A stretch of DNA of 64,000 nucleotides from the IMG/VR virus record IMGVR_UViG_3300025767_000007, one strand, 5' to 3'. Below are positions 46,920 through 56,997 of this stretch, one piece after another; positions within the stretch are counted from its first letter, which is position 1, and each line of letters begins with the position of its first letter. A model generated the notes under the pieces. The model did not search any database and was not told the DNA's origin. It saw only the letters and a list, made by a program, of their open reading frames with translations. A program made the position numbers and the translations under genes. Source of the stretch: an uncultured virus (IMG/VR IMGVR_UViG_3300025767_000007) (taxonomy: Duplodnaviria > Heunggongvirae > Uroviricota > Caudoviricetes).

Positions 46920-47791
46920 CTTGTTGGATCAAAAAGCATATCTGTTTTGTATTCTTCTTGGCAAAAATCACATTTAGCTGAAACTTCTCTGATAATTCCA
47001 AATTCTTGGAATGCTTTTAATTCTGTTTCTAACCTATCAACTGAGCCTCTGTCGAGGTTACCCAACCAGTCAGCAATAAATTTTACATCAGTTATTTCTT
47101 GTGGTTCTGCTTCTCCGGTACCTGGGATAACAACTTTAAGAATTGCGCCAATCATTAAGTCATGACTTAGATCAACTAATTGAGCAAAGCCTGCATTTGC
47201 AATTTCAGTTTGTTTTTCTACTGGTTCTTCTCGTTGTTCACTTGACTGCAATGCTCTCATTGAATCAAATTGCATTCGTAGTAAACGTGATTGATCTTTT
47301 AAGTTATAAGGTCTTAGATGTACTTCTAAGTTATTTGCAAGTTTCACGATGCCTAATTTAGCTGGAATTGGCTTTAATGTACCAATTATCTGTCCTAAAC
47401 TTACATTTATTCGTTGAGACTTACCATCAGACTCGTTACAGCCATGACTGATATCCATTGGCATATCGTCTCCGTAACTTGCCATTTTAACTGCAACTAA
47501 AATCATATCAACATCTGCTGACGGAACTTCATCAACATCAGCAATGTCTGGACAAGAACTTTTGATTACACCTCTCATTGCTTCACCGTTAAATAAAGCG
47601 TCAGGGTTTTTAAGGCGTAATTCGTCTTTTGCAGTCATTGGATATATTGCAAGTTCCCCGCTTTCAGTTAACTTAGGTGGCTGTTTATAGTATCTTCCAT
47701 TAGAAGGAAGAGTAATATATGTTCCAGGTTGCCTAAAATAATCCGATAAAGGGTTAGCAGTTTGCCCGGAAAGTGGGTTTTTATTATCCAT
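46898..47791 (-). CDS. baseplate hub assembly / tail assembly chaperone (T4 gp26-like)
   Basis: NPLS.YFRQP...I.LPS.G.YY, PMTAKDE..LKNPDAL.NG, D.D.IL.A...ASYG, C..C near the end, terminal FF. Confidence 0.75.
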   Translation of the reverse strand: MDNKNPLSGQTANPLSDYFRQPGTYITLPSNGRYYKQPPKLTESGELAIYPMTAKDELRLKNPDALFNGEAMRGVIKSSCPDIADVDEVPSADVDMILVAVKMASYGDDMPMDISHGCNESDGKSQRINVSLGQIIGTLKPIPAKLGIVKLANNLEVHLRPYNLKDQSRLLRMQFDSMRALQSSEQREEPVEKQTEIANAGFAQLVDLSHDLMIGAILKVVIPGTGEAEPQEITDVKFIADWLGNLDRGSVDRLETELKAFQEFGIIREVSAKCDFCQEEYKTDMLFDPTSFFSEGS

Positions 47792-47885
47792 GTAGTTAAT
47801 CCTATCAGGTAAATAGGCTTATAGAAACCTATATTTGTAACTATACTTATATTCGGTTATAAAGCACAAAGGTCCAAAAGGTAAT

Positions 47886-50885
47886 ATGGAAGAAGAATTA
47901 AAAGAAGCAATTGGTAAATTAACTGATCAGATTGCTAATATGAATAAACAAACAGGCTCAAGACCTGGTGGAAGTCGTGGATCTACTGCACCTAAAGCTG
48001 ATGCTACTGCTTCGGCAATGGACAAACTAAAAGATGGGGTCAAAGGTACTACTTCAAGTTTAAAGAAAACTGCTGAATCAAACGAAAAACTTATACAAAC
48101 ATCTAAAAAACTTACCTGGGAGCAAAAATCACAAATAAGAGGATTGCAAAATTTTGGTAAAGGATTACTTGACGGAAGTAAAAAAGGACAAGATTCTTTA
48201 AACCAGTTATCCGGAGCTCTAACAAATAGCACAGGAAAAGTTACTAAAGTACTTGGCGCCTTTGCCGCTGGTTTAGGTTTTGCATGGGGAACATTAGAAA
48301 ACTTTGCAGATGCCGCCAGAAGTGCAAGTGGAGCATTAAACTTAGGTGCAGTTGGTGTTGGCTTAATGCAAACACAAAGTATGATGTCTGGACTTGGTAA
48401 AGAGTTTGCAACTGTTATTAATGAAAGTGGTGGTGGTTTTAAGTTATTAGGAGCAAATACAGAAGACGCAGTTAAAAACTTATCTCAAATGTCGAGAGCA
48501 GTTAGAAACGGTTCTTCTATGATGGGCAACCTTACAAAAGCACATGGAGTTTCTGCAAAGTCAGTTAACGAAACAGCTAAGTTAACTGCTCAGTTAGGAC
48601 TTACAGAAAAAGATAGTGCCAGCTTAATGGCCGCTAGTTTAGATGTTGCAAGAAGGTCTGGTGCTTCACAAGAAACAGCAATGCAGACTGCAATTAAAAG
48701 TTATGCTACTACTGCAAAGACAGCTCGAGGATTAAGCGATCAATTTGGTGTTAGTGCCAAGGTAATTATGCAGGCTTCAATGGCTTTCCAGAAATCTATT
48801 TCAGGACAAAGAGCCGCAATGCTTGGAGTAGGAACAGATGCTACTGAAATCCAAGGAGTAATGGGTCAAATGCTTGGTAATCTAAGCCAAGATCAAAGAG
48901 ATAGAGCATCAGCCGCAATAGCCTCAGGAAAAATTGGACAAGCTACTCGTATTGCAACTGAAGGTAAATCTGGAGCAGAAGCAAGTGCAACTGCTGAAAT
49001 GATAAGAATGATATCTGAAGCAAATACTGGAAAAGGTGATGGTACAGTTTTACAAGCTCTTAAAGGTATGGAAAGTGCTTCCTTGAGGCAATTTGCATTC
49101 AGTGAGAACTTTGTGGATCAAAACATGCATGCCGCGGCAGGAATTGGCGCCGCATTTAAACGATTAGGTGATGATGCAGATAAGTCCGGCAAAGATGCTA
49201 AGAAAAATGCAGAAGAAGGTCAAACTACAGAAGCAAAAAACATCCAGTCTCTTACAGAAATGCAAACAGCCGTTGATTATGCTAAAGGATCATTTTGGGG
49301 TCTAGTAGCAGGCGGAGTTGGATTATTAGGATCATTTGTATCGTTAGCGGCCGCAGGTAGTGCCGCCGCAATAGCAATGGGTGGTGGAGGCTTAACAGGA
49401 ATGTTAGGTGGACTTAGCAAAGGACTTAATAAAATAACATCTGGTGCGTTAGGATCATCAGGTAAAGTAGGCGGAGCAGTATCTGGTGCAACCGGAGGAA
49501 TGCTTAGTAAAGCAAAAGGATTGTTAGGAATTGGAGCAGGAGGAGCTTCTGCCACTCAATCTGTACCTGGAATGCCAAGTACTAAAGGAATGTCTACAGC
49601 ATTAGGAGAAACAAAGAGTCTCGGTAAAATGATTTCAGATACAATGAAAGGTATCGGAACAGGCACAGCAAAACTCTTTAAAGGAATTAGCGAAGCTATG
49701 ACATCGTTTGGTAGTGGAATAGCAAACCTTGCTAAAGGAATAGGTAAAGCAATGACATCAATCGGAGCTGGTGCCGCTAACCTCGGAAGTGGATTAGGTA
49801 AAGGAATTGGAAAACTAGTTCAGTATTCATTAGAAGGTATAGGTAAAGGATTAGCCGCAGTATCAAATCCAAAATATTTTATTGGAGCCGCAGTATTAGC
49901 CGCAGTTGGTGGAGCAATGTGGGTTGCTGGTAAAGCATTCCAACAATTTTCAAACATTAATTGGGGAGGAGTTATTGCCGGAGGTATTGCATTAGGAGTA
50001 GTTACTGCTGGTGCCGCATTAATTGGAGCATCTGGTATGGTTGCACCTATTCTACTTGGAGCAGTAGCAATTGGAGTTCTTGGAGCCGCATTAATACCAT
50101 TTGGCTTTGCCGCTAAACTTGCAGGCGAAGGAATGGTAGACTTAGGAAGAGGATTAAGAATAATAGGTGATGTTCCAATTCCAACATTACTTGCTATAGG
50201 TCCTGCATTAGCATTAATGGGAGTTGGTTTAGCCGCACTTTCAGCCGCTGGTGCAGTAAGTTCTTTATTAGGAGCATTCCAAGATGAAGGACCAATTGAT
50301 AAAATTGTAAAAATTGCCAAAGCCGCACCAGGTGTTGAACTAATGGCTAAGTCTTTAAGAACATTTGGTATTAACATAATGGTCTTTAACAAAGGACTTG
50401 AAGGTTTAAGTATGACAGCATTAGATGCTTTAGAAGACTTTAATGACGTTGCAAGTAATATATCACAATCTTCTGTAACTGCAATGGCAGATTTAGCAGT
50501 AGCAACTTCGTTACTTGGATTTAATATAAAAGATATAGATTGGAATCAATTAGTTTTACCAGTAGACATTGGTGAAAGATATCATAATTTAGCAGAAGGA
50601 ATGGTAGCAACTGCTGAAGCAATGGATAAGATGCCTAAGCCAGGTATGTGGGACACTATTGTTGCAGGTGTAGGCAACTTGTTTGGAGTAAATGGTGGAG
50701 CACAAGGTAGCTTGACTGAGTCAGTTCAGAAAGAAAGAACCACAACTACAACATACAGCGATGGATCTGTTGATACAAATATAGAGATGATTACAGTTCT
50801 TAAGTCTATTGACGGACATATGGGCAAAGTTACTCAGAATACTAAGAAAGAAGTAACTGTAACAGCACCTCGCTTTGGTAGTTAA
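47886..50885 (+). CDS. tail tape measure protein-like
   Basis: 999 aa, Ala/Gly-rich helical repeats with hydrophobic segments, adjacent to the chaperone gene. Confidence 0.7.
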   Translation: MEEELKEAIGKLTDQIANMNKQTGSRPGGSRGSTAPKADATASAMDKLKDGVKGTTSSLKKTAESNEKLIQTSKKLTWEQKSQIRGLQNFGKGLLDGSKKGQDSLNQLSGALTNSTGKVTKVLGAFAAGLGFAWGTLENFADAARSASGALNLGAVGVGLMQTQSMMSGLGKEFATVINESGGGFKLLGANTEDAVKNLSQMSRAVRNGSSMMGNLTKAHGVSAKSVNETAKLTAQLGLTEKDSASLMAASLDVARRSGASQETAMQTAIKSYATTAKTARGLSDQFGVSAKVIMQASMAFQKSISGQRAAMLGVGTDATEIQGVMGQMLGNLSQDQRDRASAAIASGKIGQATRIATEGKSGAEASATAEMIRMISEANTGKGDGTVLQALKGMESASLRQFAFSENFVDQNMHAAAGIGAAFKRLGDDADKSGKDAKKNAEEGQTTEAKNIQSLTEMQTAVDYAKGSFWGLVAGGVGLLGSFVSLAAAGSAAAIAMGGGGLTGMLGGLSKGLNKITSGALGSSGKVGGAVSGATGGMLSKAKGLLGIGAGGASATQSVPGMPSTKGMSTALGETKSLGKMISDTMKGIGTGTAKLFKGISEAMTSFGSGIANLAKGIGKAMTSIGAGAANLGSGLGKGIGKLVQYSLEGIGKGLAAVSNPKYFIGAAVLAAVGGAMWVAGKAFQQFSNINWGGVIAGGIALGVVTAGAALIGASGMVAPILLGAVAIGVLGAALIPFGFAAKLAGEGMVDLGRGLRIIGDVPIPTLLAIGPALALMGVGLAALSAAGAVSSLLGAFQDEGPIDKIVKIAKAAPGVELMAKSLRTFGINIMVFNKGLEGLSMTALDALEDFNDVASNISQSSVTAMADLAVATSLLGFNIKDIDWNQLVLPVDIGERYHNLAEGMVATAEAMDKMPKPGMWDTIVAGVGNLFGVNGGAQGSLTESVQKERTTTTTYSDGSVDTNIEMITVLKSIDGHMGKVTQNTKKEVTVTAPRFGS

Positions 50886-50902
50886 GTATTAATATAAAAA
50901 GG

Positions 50903-50908
50903 TAAGTA
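50903..50908 (+). promoter_or_regulatory. late promoter TAARTA (representative copy, before portal)
   Basis: TAAGTA 5 nt before the portal ATG. The same motif precedes many late genes and resembles T4 TATAAATA. Confidence 0.65.
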
Positions 50909-50913
50909 ATAGT

Positions 50914-52578
50914 ATGGCATCATGGAAAAAACATTTTAAGATATGGGATCCCCAAGCTGAACAGACTAATAATGGTCCAAGACATCAGGGAGGTAGTTCA
51001 TCTAAGTTCGCTAGTTGGCTACAAGACGTGTACACAGGGCAACCTAACAGAGTTGAACGTTATAGTCAGTATGATCAAATGGATCAAGACTCAGAAGTTA
51101 ATGCGGCCCTAGATACAATTACAGAATTTTGTACTCAGGAGGATCCTTTAACACATCTTCCTTTTGCTTTAAGATGGTCCTCAGACCCAACACCAAGTGA
51201 AAATACAACTATTAATGAAACACTTAAAAAATGGTGTGCTATTAACGGATTTGATCAAAAACTATTTAGAACTTTTAGAAGTGCTATTAAGTTTGGAGAT
51301 CACTTCTTTTTACGTGATCCGGAAACATTTGAATTATATTGGGTAAATCCAGGTGATGTTAAAAGAGCAGTAATTAACGAAGCTGAAGGTCGTAAAGTTG
51401 AACAGTATGTTATTAGTAACTTACACCCTAACTTAGGAGCAAAAGTAGCAACTAAGCCAATTGAAAGTGTTCAATCAATGGCCAATGCAGTACAAGCAGG
51501 ACCAAACAATCAATATAGCGTTTCAAATAGTGCTTATAAAAGTGGTAACACAGGAACCGAAGTTACAGTTGATGCAAAAGATATAATTCATATTAGTTTA
51601 AGCGAAGGATTAGATGCTAACTGGCCTTTTGGAGCAAGTATACTTGATAGTGTTTTTAAAATTTATAAACAAAAAGAATTATTAGAAGATGCGATTATCA
51701 TTTATCGTGTACAAAGAGCACCAGAACGTAGAGTGTTTTATATTGATACAGGTAATTTACCTAGTCATCAAGCAATGGGATTTCTTGAAAGAGTTAAAAA
51801 CGAAATACACCAAAGACGTATTCCTACTAGATCAGGTGGTGGTACTACTATGGATGCAAGTTACAATCCTTTGAGCATTATGGAAGACTTTTTCTTTGCT
51901 CAATCAGCTGACGGTAGAGGAAGTAAAGTTGAAGTATTACCGGGTGGAACAAACTTAGGTGAAATTGACGATTTAAAATTCTTTTCAAACAAATTAATGA
52001 GAGGTTTAAGAATTCCTAGTAGTTATATGCCTACTGGACCTGACGATAGTGCAGTTCAATTAACAGATGGTCGTGTAGGAACAGCATTAATTCAAGAATA
52101 TCGCTTTAATAGATACTGTCAGAGACTCCAAGGTTTAATTATGCCTATGCTATCTAAAGAGTTTAAAACTTTTGTAAAGCATAGGGGCATTAATGTAGAT
52201 ACATCTTCTTTTGAGATTGACATGCTAGAGCCTCAAAACTTTAGTGATTATAGACAAATTGAAGTTAACAATGCAAGGGCTAGTGTGTTTACACAATTAG
52301 CAGAAGTACCTTACATGAGTCATAGATTTAAGTTACAAAAGTTCTTAGGTTTAACTGATGCAGAGTTACTTGAAAATGAAAAACTTTGGTTAGAAGAAAA
52401 TAAAAATCCAACACCAACTGAAAGTGACGAAGAAGCTGGATTTGGTGATATTGGTGGCGGTGCCGGCGGTGGCGGACTAAGTGATGGTGATATGGACTTT
52501 GCCGATGACTTAGAAAATGCAGAACCAGCCGCAGACGATGGTGGCGGTGAATCTGCACCTACAGAACCAGAAGCATAA
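50914..52578 (+). CDS. portal protein (T4 gp20-like)
   Basis: LLEDAIIIYRVQRAPERRVFYIDTGNLP, EDFFF...GRGSKVEVLPGG.NLGEIDDL. Confidence 0.95.
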   Translation: MASWKKHFKIWDPQAEQTNNGPRHQGGSSSKFASWLQDVYTGQPNRVERYSQYDQMDQDSEVNAALDTITEFCTQEDPLTHLPFALRWSSDPTPSENTTINETLKKWCAINGFDQKLFRTFRSAIKFGDHFFLRDPETFELYWVNPGDVKRAVINEAEGRKVEQYVISNLHPNLGAKVATKPIESVQSMANAVQAGPNNQYSVSNSAYKSGNTGTEVTVDAKDIIHISLSEGLDANWPFGASILDSVFKIYKQKELLEDAIIIYRVQRAPERRVFYIDTGNLPSHQAMGFLERVKNEIHQRRIPTRSGGGTTMDASYNPLSIMEDFFFAQSADGRGSKVEVLPGGTNLGEIDDLKFFSNKLMRGLRIPSSYMPTGPDDSAVQLTDGRVGTALIQEYRFNRYCQRLQGLIMPMLSKEFKTFVKHRGINVDTSSFEIDMLEPQNFSDYRQIEVNNARASVFTQLAEVPYMSHRFKLQKFLGLTDAELLENEKLWLEENKNPTPTESDEEAGFGDIGGGAGGGGLSDGDMDFADDLENAEPAADDGGGESAPTEPEA

Positions 52579-52595
52579 AAGGAATAAGTAAAGTT

Positions 52596-52802
52596 ATGAG
52601 ATTTAATGACTTAACAAGAATACAAGATGAAATCGAAGAAGAGATCGATCCTGAGGTAGCATTCTATTCCGACATGCGTAGACACCGTATGACTTTAGAA
52701 CATGTTAACAGGTTGCGTAAACTTCGTGAACTAAGGAAATACGAGCAAAAAACAAGACTTGAAGCCATTACTAAAATGTATCAACGTCCTCCTGCAGTTT
52801 AG
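52596..52802 (+). CDS. small hypothetical protein
   Basis: 68-aa ORF after the portal, with its own TAAGTA motif. Confidence 0.7.
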   Translation: MRFNDLTRIQDEIEEEIDPEVAFYSDMRRHRMTLEHVNRLRKLRELRKYEQKTRLEAITKMYQRPPAV

Positions 52803-52963
52803 CAATATTCTTTAAAAATATTAGATTTTCATTAATAATAAGCCGGTTTGTAAAAATTGTGCCAAAAAGTACAGTTTTTACCCTATAACTACGGCTTTTT
52901 CATGCGTCATTAGTAAGTACTTATTGGTGAATACCCGCCTTTCGCGATAAGGAGAAAAAGAAT

Positions 52964-53680
52964 ATGACAACAGTACTTGAACAGGCACTTGAGCACCTCT
53001 TGAATAAAGAAGAGGACAAAGCAAGTAGCCTTTTACATGATTACTATGTTGGTATTGGTCGTAAAGTCTATGAAGACATTATGTCCGACGATACTAATTT
53101 AGAAGAAGAAATCGAAGATATTGATGCCGCAGTTGATGAAGTTGAATCTGATTTAACTGAAGAGGGTGACGATATTGAGGCAGAAATGGATGCTATTGAT
53201 GCAGACGCAGACGCCGCAGAAATTGCAACAGATATGGATGCTGATGAAGCACCTGTATCATCTGATGCCGCTGACGTTGCTGATGCAATGGTTGACGTAG
53301 AAGCCGCACTAGCTAACCTAAAAGCAGAATTTGAAGACATGCTAACAGGTGGTGACGCAGAAGCACCAGCAGAAGAAGAAATGCCAGAAGAAAGTGTACA
53401 ATTTGAAGAAAAAGAAGAAAGCCTCGATGAAGCTGATTCTGAAGAGCAAATTGACGAAGCGGCAGAACTTAAATTAGCACAGAAGCCAGATATGGCCGAC
53501 CATGCAGACAATAAAGCAAGCCCAGTCGCTAAGAAAAATGACATGGGTGGTAAAGCAGTTAACATGGCAGGTGGATCTGCAGAAGGTGTAGCATCTGGAA
53601 CAACTCCAGCTAAAGCTCCAGCTTCACAGGAACTACCACATGGAACTACTGAGCCAGCAATGAGCCAGGTAAAGGGTTAA
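52964..53680 (+). CDS. acidic prohead core/scaffold-associated protein
   Basis: Very D/E-rich, AGGAG RBS, between portal and protease. Confidence 0.6.
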   Translation: MTTVLEQALEHLLNKEEDKASSLLHDYYVGIGRKVYEDIMSDDTNLEEEIEDIDAAVDEVESDLTEEGDDIEAEMDAIDADADAAEIATDMDADEAPVSSDAADVADAMVDVEAALANLKAEFEDMLTGGDAEAPAEEEMPEESVQFEEKEESLDEADSEEQIDEAAELKLAQKPDMADHADNKASPVAKKNDMGGKAVNMAGGSAEGVASGTTPAKAPASQELPHGTTEPAMSQVKG

Positions 53681-53684
53681 TAAG

Positions 53685-54323
53685 ATGAACTTACAACCAT
53701 TAACAGAAAGACTATCATTCGACCAAGCGAATCTCGTTGTCGAAATGGCAGAGAATCAGGATGGTGGTAAGGATCTCTACATGAAAGGGATTTTCATACA
53801 AGGTGATAAAAAGAATCATAACGAAAGAGTTTATCCAGCAGATGAAATTTCTCGGGCAGTAGAGAGCATTAGTCAAAGACTAGCAGATGGCTTTTCAGTA
53901 TTAGGCGAAGCAGATCATCCAGATGATTTACAGGTTAACATCGACCGTGTCAGTCATATGGTTACAAAAATGTGGATGCAAGGTTCCGATGGATATGGAC
54001 AATTAAAAATTATTCCAACTCCAATGGGAAACATTATTAAAACATTACTAGAAAGCAAAGTAAAACTAGGAGTAAGTTCTAGAGGATCCGGGAATGTAGG
54101 CAACGGTGGAAACGTTTCAGATTTTGAAATTGTTACTGTTGATGTTGTAGCACAACCGAGTGCCCCTGATGCTTATCCAACTCCAATTTACGAAAGAGTT
54201 ATGCTAGACAGAAGACGAGCCGCTCTTATGGATGTAGCCCTAGCGACGACTTACGATAAGTCCGCACAAAAGCACCTTGAAATTGAGGTACTTAGATTCC
54301 TTGAGAATCTTAAAAAAGTCTGA
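53685..54323 (+). CDS. prohead core protease (T4 gp21-like)
   Basis: GIFIQG..KN.N.RVYP, GEADHP, SH, LGVSSRGSG, D.VAQPSAP.A. Confidence 0.93.
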   Translation: MNLQPLTERLSFDQANLVVEMAENQDGGKDLYMKGIFIQGDKKNHNERVYPADEISRAVESISQRLADGFSVLGEADHPDDLQVNIDRVSHMVTKMWMQGSDGYGQLKIIPTPMGNIIKTLLESKVKLGVSSRGSGNVGNGGNVSDFEIVTVDVVAQPSAPDAYPTPIYERVMLDRRRAALMDVALATTYDKSAQKHLEIEVLRFLENLKKV

Positions 54324-54334
54324 GGAGACAAATT

Positions 54335-55450
54335 ATGAGTAATGAAAACTTTACAGATTTGCTCGGCTCTGTAACATTGTCTGAAGAGGTGCGTGATAAT
54401 ATCAACACCGCTTGGGATCAAAAACAGATTGAAACTCGTGAAGAAGTAACAGCAGAACTCCGTGAGGAATTTGCAACACGATATGAGCACGATAAAGGTC
54501 AACTCGTTGAAGCAATGGATAAATTGATTCAAGATACCATTTCTGGTGCTAGTGACGAGTTCAAGAAACTACATGAAGATACTAAACAATCTCGTGTAAA
54601 ATATGCTACTAAGATTAGTGAAGATGCGAAACTTCTACAAAAATTTGTTATGGAAACATTAGCAAAAGAAGTTAGTGAACTTAAATCTGATCGAGCCGCA
54701 CAAAAAGAAAATTTTAAAGGCTTAGAAGAATTTGCCCTACGCAAATTAACTAATGAGCTTTCAGAGTTACACGAAGACCACAAACAATTAGTTGAAGCTC
54801 GTGTTAAACTAATTTCAGAAGGTCGTACTGCTATCGAAGAAGCAAGATCGCAATTTATTAAGAAAGCAAGTGAAAAGGTTAACAGCCTTGTAACTGAATC
54901 TTTTAAAACTGAATTGTCCTCGCTTAAAACTGATATCCGTGAAGCAAAAGAAAACAACTTTGGACGTAAAATTATGGAGGCTTTTGCCGCTGAATTTATG
55001 TCAAGTAAGTTTGCAGATGGAACAGCAGTAAGTGATCTTAATGGAAAAATTACTGAGATGGAAGTAAAATTAGCAAAAGCACATAAAGCTATTGCTGATA
55101 AAGAACATCTCATTACCGAATCAAATCGTTTACAGCGCCTAGCGGAAGATAAAATGACTAGATCTCGTATTATGCAAGAACTAAATGCTCCTTTATCAAA
55201 AGATAAAAGAGTTATTATGGATGAATTACTTGAGACAACTCCAACAAGTAAACTCAATGAAGCATTCCAAAAGTACTTGCCATCAGTTCTTAACGAAGAG
55301 GTCCGTAGAGACAAGAAAGTTATCGTTGAGGGTCAACAATCACAGAAGACTGTGGTTACCGGAAACAAACCAGCAAATAACGTAGACGAAGCACCAGTTG
55401 ATGAAGTTGATTCAACTATTGCAGATCTTCGTAAACTAGCTGGACTCTAA
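54335..55450 (+). CDS. prohead scaffolding protein (T4 gp22-like)
   Basis: Coiled coil between protease and MCP. FGRKI.EAF, C-terminal LRKLAGL. Confidence 0.8.
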   Translation: MSNENFTDLLGSVTLSEEVRDNINTAWDQKQIETREEVTAELREEFATRYEHDKGQLVEAMDKLIQDTISGASDEFKKLHEDTKQSRVKYATKISEDAKLLQKFVMETLAKEVSELKSDRAAQKENFKGLEEFALRKLTNELSELHEDHKQLVEARVKLISEGRTAIEEARSQFIKKASEKVNSLVTESFKTELSSLKTDIREAKENNFGRKIMEAFAAEFMSSKFADGTAVSDLNGKITEMEVKLAKAHKAIADKEHLITESNRLQRLAEDKMTRSRIMQELNAPLSKDKRVIMDELLETTPTSKLNEAFQKYLPSVLNEEVRRDKKVIVEGQQSQKTVVTGNKPANNVDEAPVDEVDSTIADLRKLAGL

Positions 55451-55466
55451 AGAAGGAGACATTAAA

Positions 55467-56666
55467 ATGTCACAAGCTCTTTTTGAAGCTAAAAATTGGT
55501 CCGCAACTAAAGACGCCTTAACTGAAGGTCTTAACGGACAACGTAAAACTACAATGGAAGTTTGCTTAGAAAATACTAAAAGGTATTTGGCTGAGACAGC
55601 AACCACTGGTGCAACAGCATCTGGAAACGTAGCAGTACTTAACAAAGTAATTCTACCAGTAATCAGACGTGTTATGCCAACAACCATCGCTAACGAATTA
55701 GTCGGTGTTCAACCTATGCAGGGACCTGTTTCTCAGATTCATACACTTCGTGTACGTTATGCTGAGGCAGCCGCCGCTTCTACAGCCGCAGACGGTGTAG
55801 TTGGTGCAGAGGTTGTTGCTGGTGATGAAGCATTATCACCATTTGCTATTGCTAACCAGTACTCAGGTGGTGCTGATGGTAAAGCAGACGCAACTGCTAC
55901 TAAAGAGGGAACTGGTGGAAACAAAATGTCAATCCAGATCCTTAAAGAAACTGTAGAAGCTAAATCCAGAAAGCTATCAGCTCGTTGGACATTTGAAGCC
56001 GCTCAGGACGCACAAGCCATTCATGGTGTTGACGTTGAAGCTGAAATCATGGCCGCACTTGCTCAAGAAATTACTGCTGAAATTGACCAGGAAGTTATCC
56101 AGTCATTAACAGCACTTTCCGGATCTGCATTTGGTACATATGACCAAGCCGCAGTAAGTGGTACAGCTAACTTCGTAGGTGACGAGCATGCCGCTCTTGC
56201 AGTTCTAATTAACAGAGCCGCTAACGACATTGCTTCTCGTACAAGACGTGGTGCAGGTAACTACATTGTTGTAAGCCCAACAGCTTTAACAATTCTACAA
56301 TCTGCTACAACTTCAGCATTCGCTAGAACAACTGAAGGAACTTTTGAAGCACCAACAAATACTAAGTTTGTTGGAACACTTAACAGCTCAGTAAGAGTAT
56401 ACGTTAACCACTACAGTGGTGACGCGGCTCCTGTATTGATTGGTTATAAAGGTGCAAATGAAATGGATGCTCCAGCATTCTATTGCCCATACATTCCATT
56501 GATGAGCTCAGGTGTTGTATTAGATCCTAACACATTCGAGCCAACTGTCAGCTTTATGACACGTTACGGATATGTTGAGCTTTCTAACACAGCTTCATCT
56601 CTTGGTAACGCGGCTGATTATGTTAATAACATTGCAATCACAAGCGGTAACCTTTCTTTCATCTAG
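55467..56666 (+). CDS. major capsid protein (T4 gp23-like)
   Basis: RRVMP..IA.ELVGVQPM.GP, AKSRKL.A.WT.EAAQD, FYCPYIPL, F.TRYG. Confidence 0.96.
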   Translation: MSQALFEAKNWSATKDALTEGLNGQRKTTMEVCLENTKRYLAETATTGATASGNVAVLNKVILPVIRRVMPTTIANELVGVQPMQGPVSQIHTLRVRYAEAAAASTAADGVVGAEVVAGDEALSPFAIANQYSGGADGKADATATKEGTGGNKMSIQILKETVEAKSRKLSARWTFEAAQDAQAIHGVDVEAEIMAALAQEITAEIDQEVIQSLTALSGSAFGTYDQAAVSGTANFVGDEHAALAVLINRAANDIASRTRRGAGNYIVVSPTALTILQSATTSAFARTTEGTFEAPTNTKFVGTLNSSVRVYVNHYSGDAAPVLIGYKGANEMDAPAFYCPYIPLMSSGVVLDPNTFEPTVSFMTRYGYVELSNTASSLGNAADYVNNIAITSGNLSFI

Positions 56667-56693
56667 TCCTAGACTAAGCGAAGAAAAAAAATT

Positions 56694-56729
56694 AAGCAGG
56701 GCTAGTTTTACTAGCTCTGCTTTTTCTTT
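56694..56729 (+). terminator. rho-independent terminator after MCP
   Basis: aagcagggctagt-ttt-actagctctgctt followed by a T-rich tract. Confidence 0.85.
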
Positions 56730-56742
56730 GATAAATATTTCT

Positions 56743-56949
56743 ATGTTAGCATCTATGAAAGACAGATTATCAAGAGCAAAAATTTGTCATGAGTGCGAGT
56801 TTTATACTAGATTTACAAAGCAATGCAAAGAGTGCGGTTGCTTGATCAACTTAAAAATATCATTTTCTCAAACTTCATGTCCAGTAGGTAAATGGAAATC
56901 AGTTGAAAATGGTAGTCAAACTAATTTAATTAAAAATTTTATCTCTTAA
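56743..56949 (+). CDS. small Cys-rich (probable Zn-binding) protein
   Basis: CHEC...CKECGC...CP..KW. ATG 56743 follows TAAATA. Confidence 0.65.
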   Translation: MLASMKDRLSRAKICHECEFYTRFTKQCKECGCLINLKISFSQTSCPVGKWKSVENGSQTNLIKNFIS

Positions 56950-56997
56950 AAAATTAACTCAAACGGTAAATAGCATGAAGAACATGGGAGATTTATT

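Noticed and set aside
53068..55314. Long antisense ORFs (165 aa, 261 aa) opposite head genes, and similar ones elsewhere
   Set aside because: Ser/Leu-rich shadows of biased sense-strand codon usage
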